A stretch of DNA of 64,000 nt, taken from assembly GCA_963720465.1 (NCBI GenBank), contig OY970393.1, positions 288,001 through 352,000 of the forward strand, in the 5' to 3' direction. Source of the DNA: Methanobacteriota archaeon. GTDB lineage: Archaea > Halobacteriota > Bog-38 > Methanoflorentales > Methanoflorentaceae. The position numbers and the translations under genes are program-made. Below the pieces are notes generated by a model. The model searched no databases and was not told where the DNA came from. It saw only the letters and a program-made list of their open reading frames with translations. Of the stretch, positions 50,309-59,679 are shown in pieces; position 1 is the stretch's first letter; the number at the start of each line of letters is the position of its first letter.

Positions 50309-50589
50309 AAAAGGCAGATTGATCCTGCAGCTGATAATGGCGCTGCGAGAACGTGCTGAAAGTAAGTGTAGTTTTTCAAATGCAATTCAGGTTTCTTTGG
50401 GCAACTGCTAACTGTCATTTGGTAGCTCATTTCGTAGTTTTAAGCTCAAATAAGCTTTCTTTTCATAACGAACTTGAAGCGTGAGGATTCTCGCCGCTGT
50501 ATATCAAGGAAAGCAAAATGTAACAGACTGACATGTTGACCTAAGGAGCTGCAAGTTATGAAAAAAAAAATCATGTAAATGTCAAAGAG

Positions 50590-51123
50590 ATGAATTTTGA
50601 TCAATTATTTAAACAAATTTCTCCGGAAGAGATATCCGACAATGTATTTACGTTGGCAGGAAAAGATTTTGCGGTTATTACTGCGGGCAAGGAAGATCAT
50701 TATAATTCCATGACAGGCAGTGGGGGTGGTTTGGGGCTTCTTTTCAAGAAACCCACCACTTGGTGTATTCTTCGAGCAGACCGTTATACGCTTGAAATAA
50801 TTCAAAAAGAGCACACATATACGCTGTCTTACTTCCCGAATGAATATAAGGAACAAATACTCTTTTTGGGAAGTAAATCCGGAAGAGATAGTGAGAAAAT
50901 GAAAGAAGTTGAATTGACAAGTGTTCAAACTCCTTCCGGAGATATGTCTTTCAAAGAAGCCAGACTAATTATTGAATGTAAATTAACGGAAATTACTACC
51001 GCCAATCCCAATGATTTTTACACACAAGAAGCTAAAGACTGGATAAACGAAGCTTACAAAGAAGCAAGCGATTATCGCAAATACGTATTTGGGGAAATCA
51101 CCCATGTTTGGGTAAAGAAATAA
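50590..51123 (+). CDS. Flavin reductase-like protein
   Basis: ITAG....NSMT...GG.G.L..KP, RYT, GSKSGRD, IECK, FGEI. Confidence 0.85.
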   Translation: MNFDQLFKQISPEEISDNVFTLAGKDFAVITAGKEDHYNSMTGSGGGLGLLFKKPTTWCILRADRYTLEIIQKEHTYTLSYFPNEYKEQILFLGSKSGRDSEKMKEVELTSVQTPSGDMSFKEARLIIECKLTEITTANPNDFYTQEAKDWINEAYKEASDYRKYVFGEITHVWVKK

Positions 51124-51194
51124 GAATAAGATTAATCGACATTACGCCAATGTCTCTTTGAAAATCCGTGATCGGCTCGCGGGTTGAGTTTTGC

Positions 51195-51345
51195 ACGCGA
51201 CGGAATCTCATCACTTTAAACTCCGCTCCTCGCGATAACCTTCTTCGTAGATTTCGAGCACAGCAATCAAGCTTTTCTGCATCGTGTGTGCACATCACCT
51301 GCGCCAACACGTCAATGATCTGGTGAAGAGGGGTCTCTTCCTTTC
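51195..51345 (-). repeat. 3' remnant of the 149-aa gene
   Basis: ETPLHQIIDVLAQVMCTHDAEKL. Confidence 0.8.
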
Positions 51346-51497
51346 GGCGTCTGCACTCGGCGCCTCTTGACATCACTTTCAATCGGAGTCTTTATCGTGC
51401 CTTCTGACACGCGTTGGGGCGTCTATATATACTGCGAATAATCGTGTGTATACAAAATCACTTGGAGTAGATGGGCGCAAAAGGGTGATAATCGAAT

Positions 51498-52373
51498 ATG
51501 GTGCAGGAAGAAGCCTATGAAAAAATTAGTTCCACTGCTAAGCTAGTAGCGCACATAAGGAGCTTTACCGATATTCCGTTTGCTAAGGAGATAGCCGTAG
51601 CAAGCGGAGCAGAGAAAGACTTTCAAACATTAGCAGGCAAGAGCGCGGAATTTATGACTCAGTCTGCTTTCAATTTGGAGGCACGCTGCAAAACTACTGA
51701 TCAGATCATTGCACGTTACCATATTACACAAGTTTTGGAAATCGCTGCTGGACTTTCACCGCGTGGTCTCGCAATGACCGAAAATCCTGACGTAGTCTAT
51801 GTAGCCACTGATTTGCCGCAGATTTTAGAACAAGAAAAAGCAATTGCCGAATCCATATTTGCAAAATTGAACATACATCGTTCAAACCTGTATTACCGGG
51901 TTGCAAATGCACTTGATCGAGAGAGCTTGTTGCAAGCGGCTATTCCTTTTCGATCAGACAAGCCTGTTGCGATTATCACGGAGGGCTTACTTCCGTACCT
52001 TACCAGCGGAGAAAAAGAAACCTTGGCAGGCAACATCCATGCCCTTCTTAGACAATATGACGGAGTATGGGTTACACCGGATGTGAACACCAAACAAACC
52101 CTCAAGTTTTTTTCTCAAGCAGATGACACTATGCAGCAACGGATGCAGAATGTATCTGGCGCGACTGGGCGTGACATCGAAACGAACACATTTGAAGACG
52201 AAAATGCTGTGCGACAGTTTTTCACCAATGCTGGATTTACGATCGAAGAATATCCTTGGTCAAATGTTCTTGAAGATCTGTCTTCGGTGAAACTCTCGAA
52301 TCTCAATCGAGAGGAAATTCTTGAGATTCTACAGATGCTTATGACTTTGATTTTAACAATCCGTTCGAGCTGA
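51498..52373 (+). CDS. Class I SAM methyltransferase (LCM-like)
   Basis: IS.TAKLVA..R, VLEIAAGLSPRGL, TDLP, ITEGLLPYL. Confidence 0.88.
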   Translation: MVQEEAYEKISSTAKLVAHIRSFTDIPFAKEIAVASGAEKDFQTLAGKSAEFMTQSAFNLEARCKTTDQIIARYHITQVLEIAAGLSPRGLAMTENPDVVYVATDLPQILEQEKAIAESIFAKLNIHRSNLYYRVANALDRESLLQAAIPFRSDKPVAIITEGLLPYLTSGEKETLAGNIHALLRQYDGVWVTPDVNTKQTLKFFSQADDTMQQRMQNVSGATGRDIETNTFEDENAVRQFFTNAGFTIEEYPWSNVLEDLSSVKLSNLNREEILEILQMLMTLILTIRSS

Positions 52374-52388
52374 AAGCCGCTTTGCGCC

Positions 52389-52990
52389 GCGTATTCGTGT
52401 CACCATTTCCCTAGCTCATGACCCATCATTTCTTTTTCGATTCCTTCGATCTCTACCCATTCAGCAGCGCGGTGGCTAAACACGTAGTTGCGCCTGAAAA
52501 AGCCCTTGGAGCACGCTGCGGTTCATTATAACTGCAAGATTGATGCAACCAAAGGGTTCGAATTGGAATCTCATCACTTGGAAGTTCGTTCTTCGTGGTA
52601 CCCGCCTTCGTAGATTTCGAGCACTGAAATCGCAAGCTTCTCGGCGTCGTGCGTGCACATCTCCTGCTGCAACACGTCAATGATCTGGAGGAGAGGTGGC
52701 TCAGCAGCCTTGTCAACGTCTGGGTGCCCACGCGCCCTCCGCTAAAATCGATGTGACAAATGTGGCGAGAGACTGGGCAAGCTGTTCTTTCAACTCAAGC
52801 GTAAAAGTTCGCAAATACCACCCATCAGGCAGTTACACTTGCTGAGGCAGTGCCTACAGGCTAAGCTGCAAACGACCACGTGCTGCAGCTTAGCATCTCG
52901 ACACGCTCTTTGGAGGCTATCTTTTAACCGATCGAACGGCCCTGTGTGGATGCACGCCGCAAAGAGGTTGTAAAGAGCATGCTTCTGCTA
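52389..52990 (-). pseudogene. Decayed near-complete copy of the 149-aa gene plus downstream repeat
   Basis: Colinear with 54003-54605, many frameshifts. Confidence 0.8.
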
Positions 52991-53166
52991 GTTGCTTCTT
53001 GTTGATACGAAACGAGAACAGTGCTTACCGATTCTGCTATAGTCGATGCGGCCGATTGTTGCGCCCCACCGAAAGGAAATCGGAGACACACTGTCAGAGC
53101 AAATCGCAAGATAGATCAAAAGGAAAGCCCCCTTAACGCTTAACAAATGCAAGGGAGGTGAAACAC

Positions 53167-53766
53167 GTGAACGAAGACAAATGCGCAAAATGCGGCACTC
53201 CCGCTGCACCAGGTACAAAGTTTTGCGAGAGCTGTGGCGCACCGCTACCAGCCGCTGCACAACCCGCGCAGGGTTCAGCTTCTGCGGCAGCCGCTTCCGC
53301 GTATGCAACGCCAGAGCCCCAAGTGCAGTATCAGGGCGTCGCCATCCGTTTTGTGGCGCTCATCATCGATGGCCTTATTTTAGGGATTATCGACTACATA
53401 CTCATTTTTCTGTTTACTGGATCAGCCACTACGATTGATAGGTCAACTGGCGCAGTTTCGCTTGGGCCGGCGTACCCTGCGTACTACGTTGCTTTGGGTA
53501 TTGTGCTCGGACTGCTCTACTTTACGCTTCTCCTAGGGCGTTATGGCCAATCGGTCGGTATGATGGCAGTCAAGATAAAAGTAGTCAGCGAGGCGAACAG
53601 CGGACCGATCACATACGGAGCAGCGTTTATCCGCACGATTCTGCTGTATATTGACCAGATTCCGTACGTCATTCCGTACCTGCTCGGCGCAATCCTTATT
53701 TGGACCTCAGACAAGAAACAGCGTCTCGGCGATCGTGTCGCGCACACCGTCGTGGTGAAAGCTTGA
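53167..53766 (+). CDS. Zinc-ribbon + RDD-family membrane protein
   Basis: CAKCG..FCESCG; RFVALIID, GQSVG, KQRLGD.VA.T.VV; RBS GGAGGTGA. Confidence 0.92.
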   Translation: MNEDKCAKCGTPAAPGTKFCESCGAPLPAAAQPAQGSASAAAASAYATPEPQVQYQGVAIRFVALIIDGLILGIIDYILIFLFTGSATTIDRSTGAVSLGPAYPAYYVALGIVLGLLYFTLLLGRYGQSVGMMAVKIKVVSEANSGPITYGAAFIRTILLYIDQIPYVIPYLLGAILIWTSDKKQRLGDRVAHTVVVKA

Positions 53767-54002
53767 TAGGGGCTGTCACCCCTTTTTTCTCTTTTTTAGT
53801 CACCAATAAAGTCTGCTTCGCTGTCTCTCTGAGCCCGCAAACACGATCCAGAGAACAGCCGCCTCCAATAAGACGATTTGGAACTGCTTCCACAAGGGTT
53901 CAATTTGTGAAGTAGGTGATGGCCCGACTGCCAGAGTGCGCTGGAGTAAAAAAACAGCGAAACGGTGCGAGAGCGCCTGCAACAAAAGACCTTCGTCTTA
54001 TC

Positions 54003-54156
54003 TTAGCGTATTCCTTTCGCTCTCTTCTTAGCTCCTTGTTCGTCATTTTTTTGTCGATTTCCTTTGATTTCTAAAGCCCGTTCAGAAGCATGGTGGCAAA
54101 AGCACGCAGTTACGCCTTAACAAGCCCTTGGATGCGCGCAGCAGTTCTTCATAACT
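54003..54156 (-). repeat. ~150-bp dispersed repeat containing AACGG-N10-TCAAAGGAAATCGA
   Basis: Matches 58354-58481 and 52389-52533. Confidence 0.85.
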
Positions 54157-54194
54157 ACAAGAGGGGCGCAACTAAGGGTTCGAGAGGAATCTCG

Positions 54195-54644
54195 TCACTT
54201 GGAAGTTCGTTCTTGGTGGTACCCACCTTTGTAGATTTCCAGCACCGAAATCGCAAGCTTCTCGGCGTCGTGCGTGCACATCACCTGCTGCAACACTTCA
54301 ATGATCTGGCGAAGCGGTGGCTCAGCACCCTCTTTATCATCTACGCGCCCACTCGGGTGAGTCAGAATCGATGTGACAAACGTAGCAAGGGTGTGTGCAA
54401 GCTGTTCTTTTAACTCAAGCGCGAACGTTCGCAAATACGACCCGTCAAGCCGTTCGGCCCTGCCGAGGCAGTAGCTGCAGGCCGCTCCGTATATGACTAC
54501 ATACCTGAGCTGCGCGTCTCGCCGGGCCCGTTCGACGCTGCCAATCAGCTCTTCCAGCGGCACGGTGCGAATGTAGGCAGCGAAAAGGTTGTAAAGAGCC
54601 TGCTTCGTCTCATTTGTGTCTTTCTTAACATTAACTCCTTGCAC
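54195..54644 (-). CDS. Unknown 149-aa helical protein with CSYC motif (only intact copy of five)
   Basis: Amino-acid conservation with 49907-50308 and three remnants. Confidence 0.75.
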   Translation of the reverse strand: MQGVNVKKDTNETKQALYNLFAAYIRTVPLEELIGSVERARRDAQLRYVVIYGAACSYCLGRAERLDGSYLRTFALELKEQLAHTLATFVTSILTHPSGRVDDKEGAEPPLRQIIEVLQQVMCTHDAEKLAISVLEIYKGGYHQERTSK

Positions 54645-55048
54645 AAAGGTTGAATCTGTGCTGTAAGTGATAACGCGACTGTAAGCACGTGCTGAAAGTG
54701 AATTACGAGATTAGAGTGTTTGTTTTTAGTTACTGCTAATCTCGCAGATCTCAAGTAACGACATCGCCACCTTTTGTGCATCGTACTCCACGTGCCTGTG
54801 CAGCACCTTCGCTATCTCATTAAGGGTCGATTCATCTCCTTAGGGCAGGGGCCAGACCGCGTAAACCTGCGCCGCCTGCTGTGCCACGGCGCGACGTCGA
54901 CCGATCCCTCCGTAAGGAGTTGCGACCCAAGCGCGGCGCTTAGCTGTGAACCGATGCTGAAGACTGACGGTCATCACCTGCAAAAAACCGAAAAATGCGC
55001 GAACACATAAACTATATGACCCTGTCTGTGCGAGAGTAGGTTCGCATT

Positions 55049-55774
55049 ATGCACGCTGCACTGCTGACCCTCCATGCACCCTTGGCATCCGCCTATTTCG
55101 GCGGGTTTGACTACGACGTTACCCACTTCATAAGGGGGCTCAACAACGGCGGTCTTCTCAATACGCTATTTTGGTGGGTCACGTTCACGGGCAGCATCAC
55201 CTTCATGGTACTCATCACGATCGCACTCTACCTCGCCGGTCTCCGCAAAGAAGCGCTTGTCTTCGCTATTATCTTCATAATAACGACTGCGTTCGCGACC
55301 GCAGTGAAGTACGCCATTGCACGCCCACGGCCGAGCGATTTGGGCGTACCACCAGAGGCTGAGCCGTCGTTTCCGAGCGCCCACACCGCGAACGCCTTTG
55401 CCTTCGCGACGACGCTTTCGTCTTATCACCGAAAGTTCACTATTGTGCTGTTCGCGTGGGCCATTCTTGTGGGATTTAGCAGGCTCTACCTAGGCCTCCA
55501 TTACTTCACCGACATCATCGGGGGGGCCATCCTCGGCATCGTCGTTAGCCTCGTCGTGACCCATGCCGCCGGGCGCGTTGATGGAGAGCTCACACGCATT
55601 GTGCACGAATCGCCGATGCTAACGACGTGGAAGGGCGTCTTCAAGGTGCCGTTGGTCGTCGCGCTCCAGTTTTTCCAAGTAGCATACGCGCTGGCCACTG
55701 AGCTGATCCGAGAGGTTTTCAGCATCATCCATCGCAAAAGTGGGGGTAAACCGACGTTGAGGGGAGTTGAATGA
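55049..55774 (+). CDS. PAP2-family phosphatase
   Basis: K....RPRP, SFPSAH, SRLYLGLHY..D. Confidence 0.92.
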   Translation: MHAALLTLHAPLASAYFGGFDYDVTHFIRGLNNGGLLNTLFWWVTFTGSITFMVLITIALYLAGLRKEALVFAIIFIITTAFATAVKYAIARPRPSDLGVPPEAEPSFPSAHTANAFAFATTLSSYHRKFTIVLFAWAILVGFSRLYLGLHYFTDIIGGAILGIVVSLVVTHAAGRVDGELTRIVHESPMLTTWKGVFKVPLVVALQFFQVAYALATELIREVFSIIHRKSGGKPTLRGVE

Positions 55775-56023
55775 GGTTATGACGGAAACTTTTTTTCTAG
55801 CCGACGCTTGACCGTAAGGAGGTACACCTCATGGACTAATCATGAAAATTATTGAATGACAAGCTCTAACGGAACGCACGAGCTGCGAGGTGATACGCAA
55901 AGCTTAGACCGGCATAATTACAGCGAACAACTCAGCTAGATGGAGTGCGCTTTATCTCACGGCGTGCACGCAAGAGCACGTGATGTTCCTTTGCTGGCCG
56001 GTTAAACTACCCACTCGATGTAG

Positions 56024-56299
56024 TTACGGCAGTAGCCCTTGAACAATGCCCTTCAGTTCAGCCAGCATCTCTGCCAAGGCGTTTCCGCTAAAGATTTCAT
56101 TCGGGTTCTGCAGGGATTTGCTCAGAAACCCGTGGATGAGTCGCGTGACTGAGTCGGTTATCTGTTGGTTCACCATCGTGTAGCGAGACGCAGGAGCCTG
56201 CGTTGGTGAAAGCGGCGTGGCGCTGACGGCGAGCGGCATCGCGAGTAAGAGCACGATAGTAACGATAAAAGCGAGCGGCACAATACGAGTTCGGTTCAT
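56024..56299 (-). CDS. Small secreted hypothetical protein
   Basis: RBS GGAGGTGA; signal-peptide-like N-terminus ending AVSA. Confidence 0.6.
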   Translation of the reverse strand: MNRTRIVPLAFIVTIVLLLAMPLAVSATPLSPTQAPASRYTMVNQQITDSVTRLIHGFLSKSLQNPNEIFSGNALAEMLAELKGIVQGLLP

Positions 56300-56390
56300 C
56301 GACCAATCACCTCCTGTAGTAGTATGCACCTAACAGGGGGAAAGCAGCAATAAATATTGGGGCTAAGCTGCTCGGCGCGCAGTGCCGGCG

Positions 56391-56648
56391 CTATCTTTTC
56401 GGTTTGGTAGTGACGAGCGCCACGAGAGCAAGCAGTGACGCAATAATGGCCACAAGTTCCGCGTAGGCGATATCCGCTGCACCGCCCATCACATCACTCG
56501 CCGCTAAGATGATGACTCCCACGATATACACACCGATAAAGAGGGGCTGCACGTTTCTGTTGCCCCGCACTATGTAAACGAATTGAATTATCCACCCAAG
56601 AGCGATAAGGCCGAATCCGACAAGCATTAAGGAACTAACCACGAACAA
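56391..56648 (-). CDS. Small 3-TM membrane protein
   Basis: GWIIQ...F...Y..GV pattern, three hydrophobic helices. Confidence 0.6.
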   Translation of the reverse strand: MFVVSSLMLVGFGLIALGWIIQFVYIVRGNRNVQPLFIGVYIVGVIILAASDVMGGAADIAYAELVAIIASLLALVALVTTKPKR

Positions 56649-56705
56649 GCATAGGCGGATAACCGATTTTATAAGTTTCTCTTTTTCTTGACTACAAACG
56701 CGCCG

Positions 56706-56850
56706 AAGATGTGGCGGAGAGGTGGCTCAGCAGCACTTTCCGCGTTTAGGCGCACGCGGCGGTGCCAGAATCGATGTGACAAACGTAGCGAGGGTTTGGG
56801 CCAGCTGTTCTTTTAACTCAAGCGCAAACGTTCGCAGGCATGACCCTTGC
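56706..56850 (-). repeat. Internal remnant of the 149-aa gene
   Basis: LRTFALELKEQLAQTLATFVTSIL; abuts the ClC stop codon. Confidence 0.82.
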
Positions 56851-58236
56851 CTATCGCGGTCGCTGCCGCACTCTAAAATGTTTGGCAATGAAACCCTTGA
56901 TTCTATTAATGACCTTCAGGCCGGCTTTCGTGACACTCCCCGCTCTGGGCTGCACCGTCGGCTCACACTCCGCAACCTCCTTACCGATCTGAACCTGAAT
57001 AGACCGGGATTTCTCCGTCGCAAGCACCTGCGATGGATAGATGCTTCGGTGACCAGACATCACGTAGCTGACAACGCACGCTACTGCCGCGTACGGCGCG
57101 ACTGCTGGCCCAAAGAGCTCAATTGATATGATACTCGCGGCGATGGGAGTGTTGGTGGCTCCCGCAAGAACGGCTACGAGGCCAATTGCCGCAAACGTCG
57201 CCGAATTCAAGCCAAATACCTGCGCGAAGAGAGCACCGGCCGTTGAACCGATAAAGAAGATCGGGGTGATGATACCGCCGCTTCCCCCAAAGCCCAACGT
57301 TATGCTCGTGAACACGATCTTTAACGGGAAGGCGTACCAGACGGCGTGCTGCCCCTGCAGCGTAGCCTGAGTCGTGGCTAACCCGAGCCCAAGGTACTGC
57401 GTCGAGAATATCAGGGTCAACAGTATGAGTGCCGCCCCGCCGATGATGCCCTTGGCAGGCGCCCATATGGGCAGACGTTCTGCCGCCTTTTTGAAGAGAT
57501 TGAAGAGCTCTATGAGGAGGAGCGCGACGATCCCAAAGAAGATGCCTGCAACAATCACTTGCGCCAAGAAGAACCCGCTGAAGACGGGCACGAACTGGAG
57601 GGGACTGTAGAAATAGGTAATGCCAAGGGCAGCCGACACCTGATAGCTGACGATCCCCGCGATAAACGCGGGGAGAAGCACGTCGTACATTAGGCCTCCT
57701 ACAAAGAGGACTTCGACCCCGAAGATGGCACCGCCCAGAGGCGTACCAAAGACGGAGGCAAATCCGGCGCTGACCCCACAGATGACCAATTTCCGACGGT
57801 CACGGTCGTCGAACTTCAGGAGATCGCCAAATAGTGAAGAGAGCCCCGCCCCTATCTGGGCGCCCGGCTCTTCTTTGCCTGCCGAGCCCCCTGACGCGAT
57901 AGTGATGAGCGTGGCAGCGAGCTTTACCAAAACCGTTGACGGCTTTATTTTCCCGGATCGTTTATGAAGGGCATCAATAATCATCGCCGTGCCGTGCCCT
58001 TCATCGCCTGGGGTAAGATATTTCGTCATCGCGCTGCTGACAAGGAGCGCTAGGGGAAGGAGGAGAAAGTAATAGGGGAACTGGCCGGTGAGGGCAATGC
58101 TGTAGTTCAAGACCTTAAGGAAAACGGCTACCGCTAAGCCGACGGCGACTCCAGCGAGTGTGCCTAGCACGCACCACTTGCAAACGCTGATGAATAAGAC
58201 GATTTGCCTAGGGAGGATATTAGACGCATTCGACAC
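56851..58236 (-). CDS. ClC-family chloride/anion channel protein
   Basis: GGSAGKE.P..QIG, GVSAGFASVFGTPLGG..F..E, GGSGG..TP.F.IG, TNTPIAA. Confidence 0.92.
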   Translation of the reverse strand: MSNASNILPRQIVLFISVCKWCVLGTLAGVAVGLAVAVFLKVLNYSIALTGQFPYYFLLLPLALLVSSAMTKYLTPGDEGHGTAMIIDALHKRSGKIKPSTVLVKLAATLITIASGGSAGKEEPGAQIGAGLSSLFGDLLKFDDRDRRKLVICGVSAGFASVFGTPLGGAIFGVEVLFVGGLMYDVLLPAFIAGIVSYQVSAALGITYFYSPLQFVPVFSGFFLAQVIVAGIFFGIVALLLIELFNLFKKAAERLPIWAPAKGIIGGAALILLTLIFSTQYLGLGLATTQATLQGQHAVWYAFPLKIVFTSITLGFGGSGGIITPIFFIGSTAGALFAQVFGLNSATFAAIGLVAVLAGATNTPIAASIISIELFGPAVAPYAAVACVVSYVMSGHRSIYPSQVLATEKSRSIQVQIGKEVAECEPTVQPRAGSVTKAGLKVINRIKGFIAKHFRVRQRPR

Positions 58237-58353
58237 AGGTAAAAAAGACCGAGCAAGGCTTTAATGGTTACTCTTTGGTCGCACCCAGAAGTCGACTTTG
58301 GGCGCGGGGCCACAAGGGTTTGCTTGCTTCCTAATTTTCATGCTTATGGTCGA

Positions 58354-58481
58354 TTAGCGTATTCCTTTCGACTTCACCATAACTTCTATATATCATCTCT
58401 TTTTTCGATTTCCTTTGATTTCAAAGGCCCGTTCAGAATCGTGGTGGCAAAAGCACGTTGTTGCGCCTTAAAGAGCCCTTG
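58354..58481 (-). repeat. Dispersed repeat containing AACGG-N10-TCAAAGGAAATCGA
   Basis: Matches 54003-54130. Confidence 0.85.
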
Positions 58482-58739
58482 CAGCGCAACTGCCGCGAAT
58501 CATGACGGTTATGCTTGAACGGCGCTTCTAGAGACACATGCAAGCGATCTGCACGCACAAGATAAGCATCCAAAGCTCAAAACCCCCTATGCTCTCTCGA
58601 TAGCTAGTTGCCGCTGGGCGTGGTTGAATGTCAACGTTTCGAATCTCTCTTGCGCGACACACACAGCTGTTAAGCAAACTCTTATTCTAGTAACCCGATA
58701 ATAATACCCGGTTATCGTTGGTTCGTACTTGGTGTCGTT

Positions 58740-59219
58740 ATGCAGCACATCGGAAAGTCAAAAATCGGCAAGTTATCTGCCAAAGGGAATGACTACCCAC
58801 AACTTCGCTTGCCTCTACAATACGCAAATACTGTAGGCGAGGTAGCTGATGTCTTTGAGACTGAACACGAGGGAAAACAAGCATTTCTCATCGTGACAGA
58901 ACATAGTGTGCCAAAGGAAGACACGGTTTTAAAACCGAGAGAAGAAGTTTTAAAACCATGTGCAGATTTGGCACAGCCTTTAACGGAAATCCTTCCTAGA
59001 AGTGCACATGCTTCCGCGGAACCGTTCGCGACAGACTCGCGCTCGAAAAGCACCGCAGAAAGCTTTATTATCAATACTCGGCTAGTAAGCTGTGCTGCGT
59101 CAGGCAGTCGCTTTGCGTGCGCAAGCCCGGGTAGTGTAGCGGCCTATCATGGAGCCCTGTCGAGGCTCCGACTCGGGTTCAAATCCCGACTCGGGCGCTC
59201 CTTTTTTGCTTTCTTTTGA
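58740..59219 (+). CDS. Integrase N-terminal fragment int(N) (AbrB-like YPxLRLP domain), reads through tRNA-Asp
   Basis: In frame with int(C) across the att repeat; homologous N-terminus fused to an int tail at 47006-47393. Confidence 0.75.
   Translation: MQHIGKSKIGKLSAKGNDYPQLRLPLQYANTVGEVADVFETEHEGKQAFLIVTEHSVPKEDTVLKPREEVLKPCADLAQPLTEILPRSAHASAEPFATDSRSKSTAESFIINTRLVSCAASGSRFACASPGSVAAYHGALSRLRLGFKSRLGRSFFAFF
59055..59075 (+). promoter_or_regulatory. BRE/TATA-like tRNA-Asp promoter embedded in int(N)
   Basis: GAAAGC-TTTATTAT ~55 nt before the tRNA; present in all three att-like copies (TCTATTAT at 38.0 kb). Confidence 0.6.
59125..59197 (+). tRNA. tRNA-Asp(GTC)
   Basis: GCCCGGG/CTCGGGC acceptor, GAGCC-CTGTCGA-GGCTC, TCGGG-TTCAAAT-CCCGA, T-run downstream. 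Confidence 0.97.
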
Positions 59220-59464
59220 ACAATTGGAGTCTCACACAGCTCTTGATTATATGATTCAGTACTTTCGAACGATCTTTCCAATTTAGCTAATTTAGCTAAA
59301 TGCGGCTCCACAAAAAATCCCCGAATCCCATCAATCTCAATTTCATAGATATTCACGATTTGACCTGCGAGTTCTTTGAAGTCTCGTGGCAAGCGAATGA
59401 TGGGATAAGAAAATGTCGGATTACGCGATTGGAGTGAGATTTTTGTGGTGAATATTTTTTTCAT
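59147..59464 (-). CDS. Second int(N)-like fragment reading antisense into the tRNA 3' half
   Basis: YPIIRLPRDFKELAGQIVNIYE homologous to YPQLRLPLQYANTVGEVADVFE; ends RPSRDLNPSRSLDRAP. Confidence 0.7.
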   Translation of the reverse strand: MKKIFTTKISLQSRNPTFSYPIIRLPRDFKELAGQIVNIYEIEIDGIRGFFVEPHLAKLAKLERSFESTESYNQELCETPIVQKKAKKERPSRDLNPSRSLDRAP

Positions 59465-59679
59465 TAGTATTAAGACTAACAAATTTTTGGATAATAAACT
59501 TGTTATTTGAAGCATCTTGCGATGATCATTCACCACAACGGCCTAACTCGGTGGTGTCAAGCGGAAGTTGTGAAGCAAGTTAGCTATGTAGTGTAGTCGC
59601 TAAATGAGCATCAAAAAGCAGAGAGAGAAACTTTTGAAATAGCATATAGTGTTTATATTTTACAAAGACGTTGCGTACG

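Larger units (their letters stand above)
41869..59164. mobile_element. Integrated element B (17,256 bp between att copies) with split integrase and stacked cargo genes
   Basis: Direct repeats at both ends; int(C) at left, int(N) at right, in the same reading frame across the repeat. Confidence 0.75.

Noticed and set aside
42766-58481. CRISPR array or DGR as explanation of the island repeats
   Set aside because: Repeats are long, divergent, gene-derived and irregularly spaced; no cas or reverse-transcriptase gene and no adenine-specific divergence seen.
42953-58700. Classical bacterial integron with attC sites
   Set aside because: No RYYYAAC...GTTRRRY hairpin sites or IntI-type features recognised; only the architecture is analogous.
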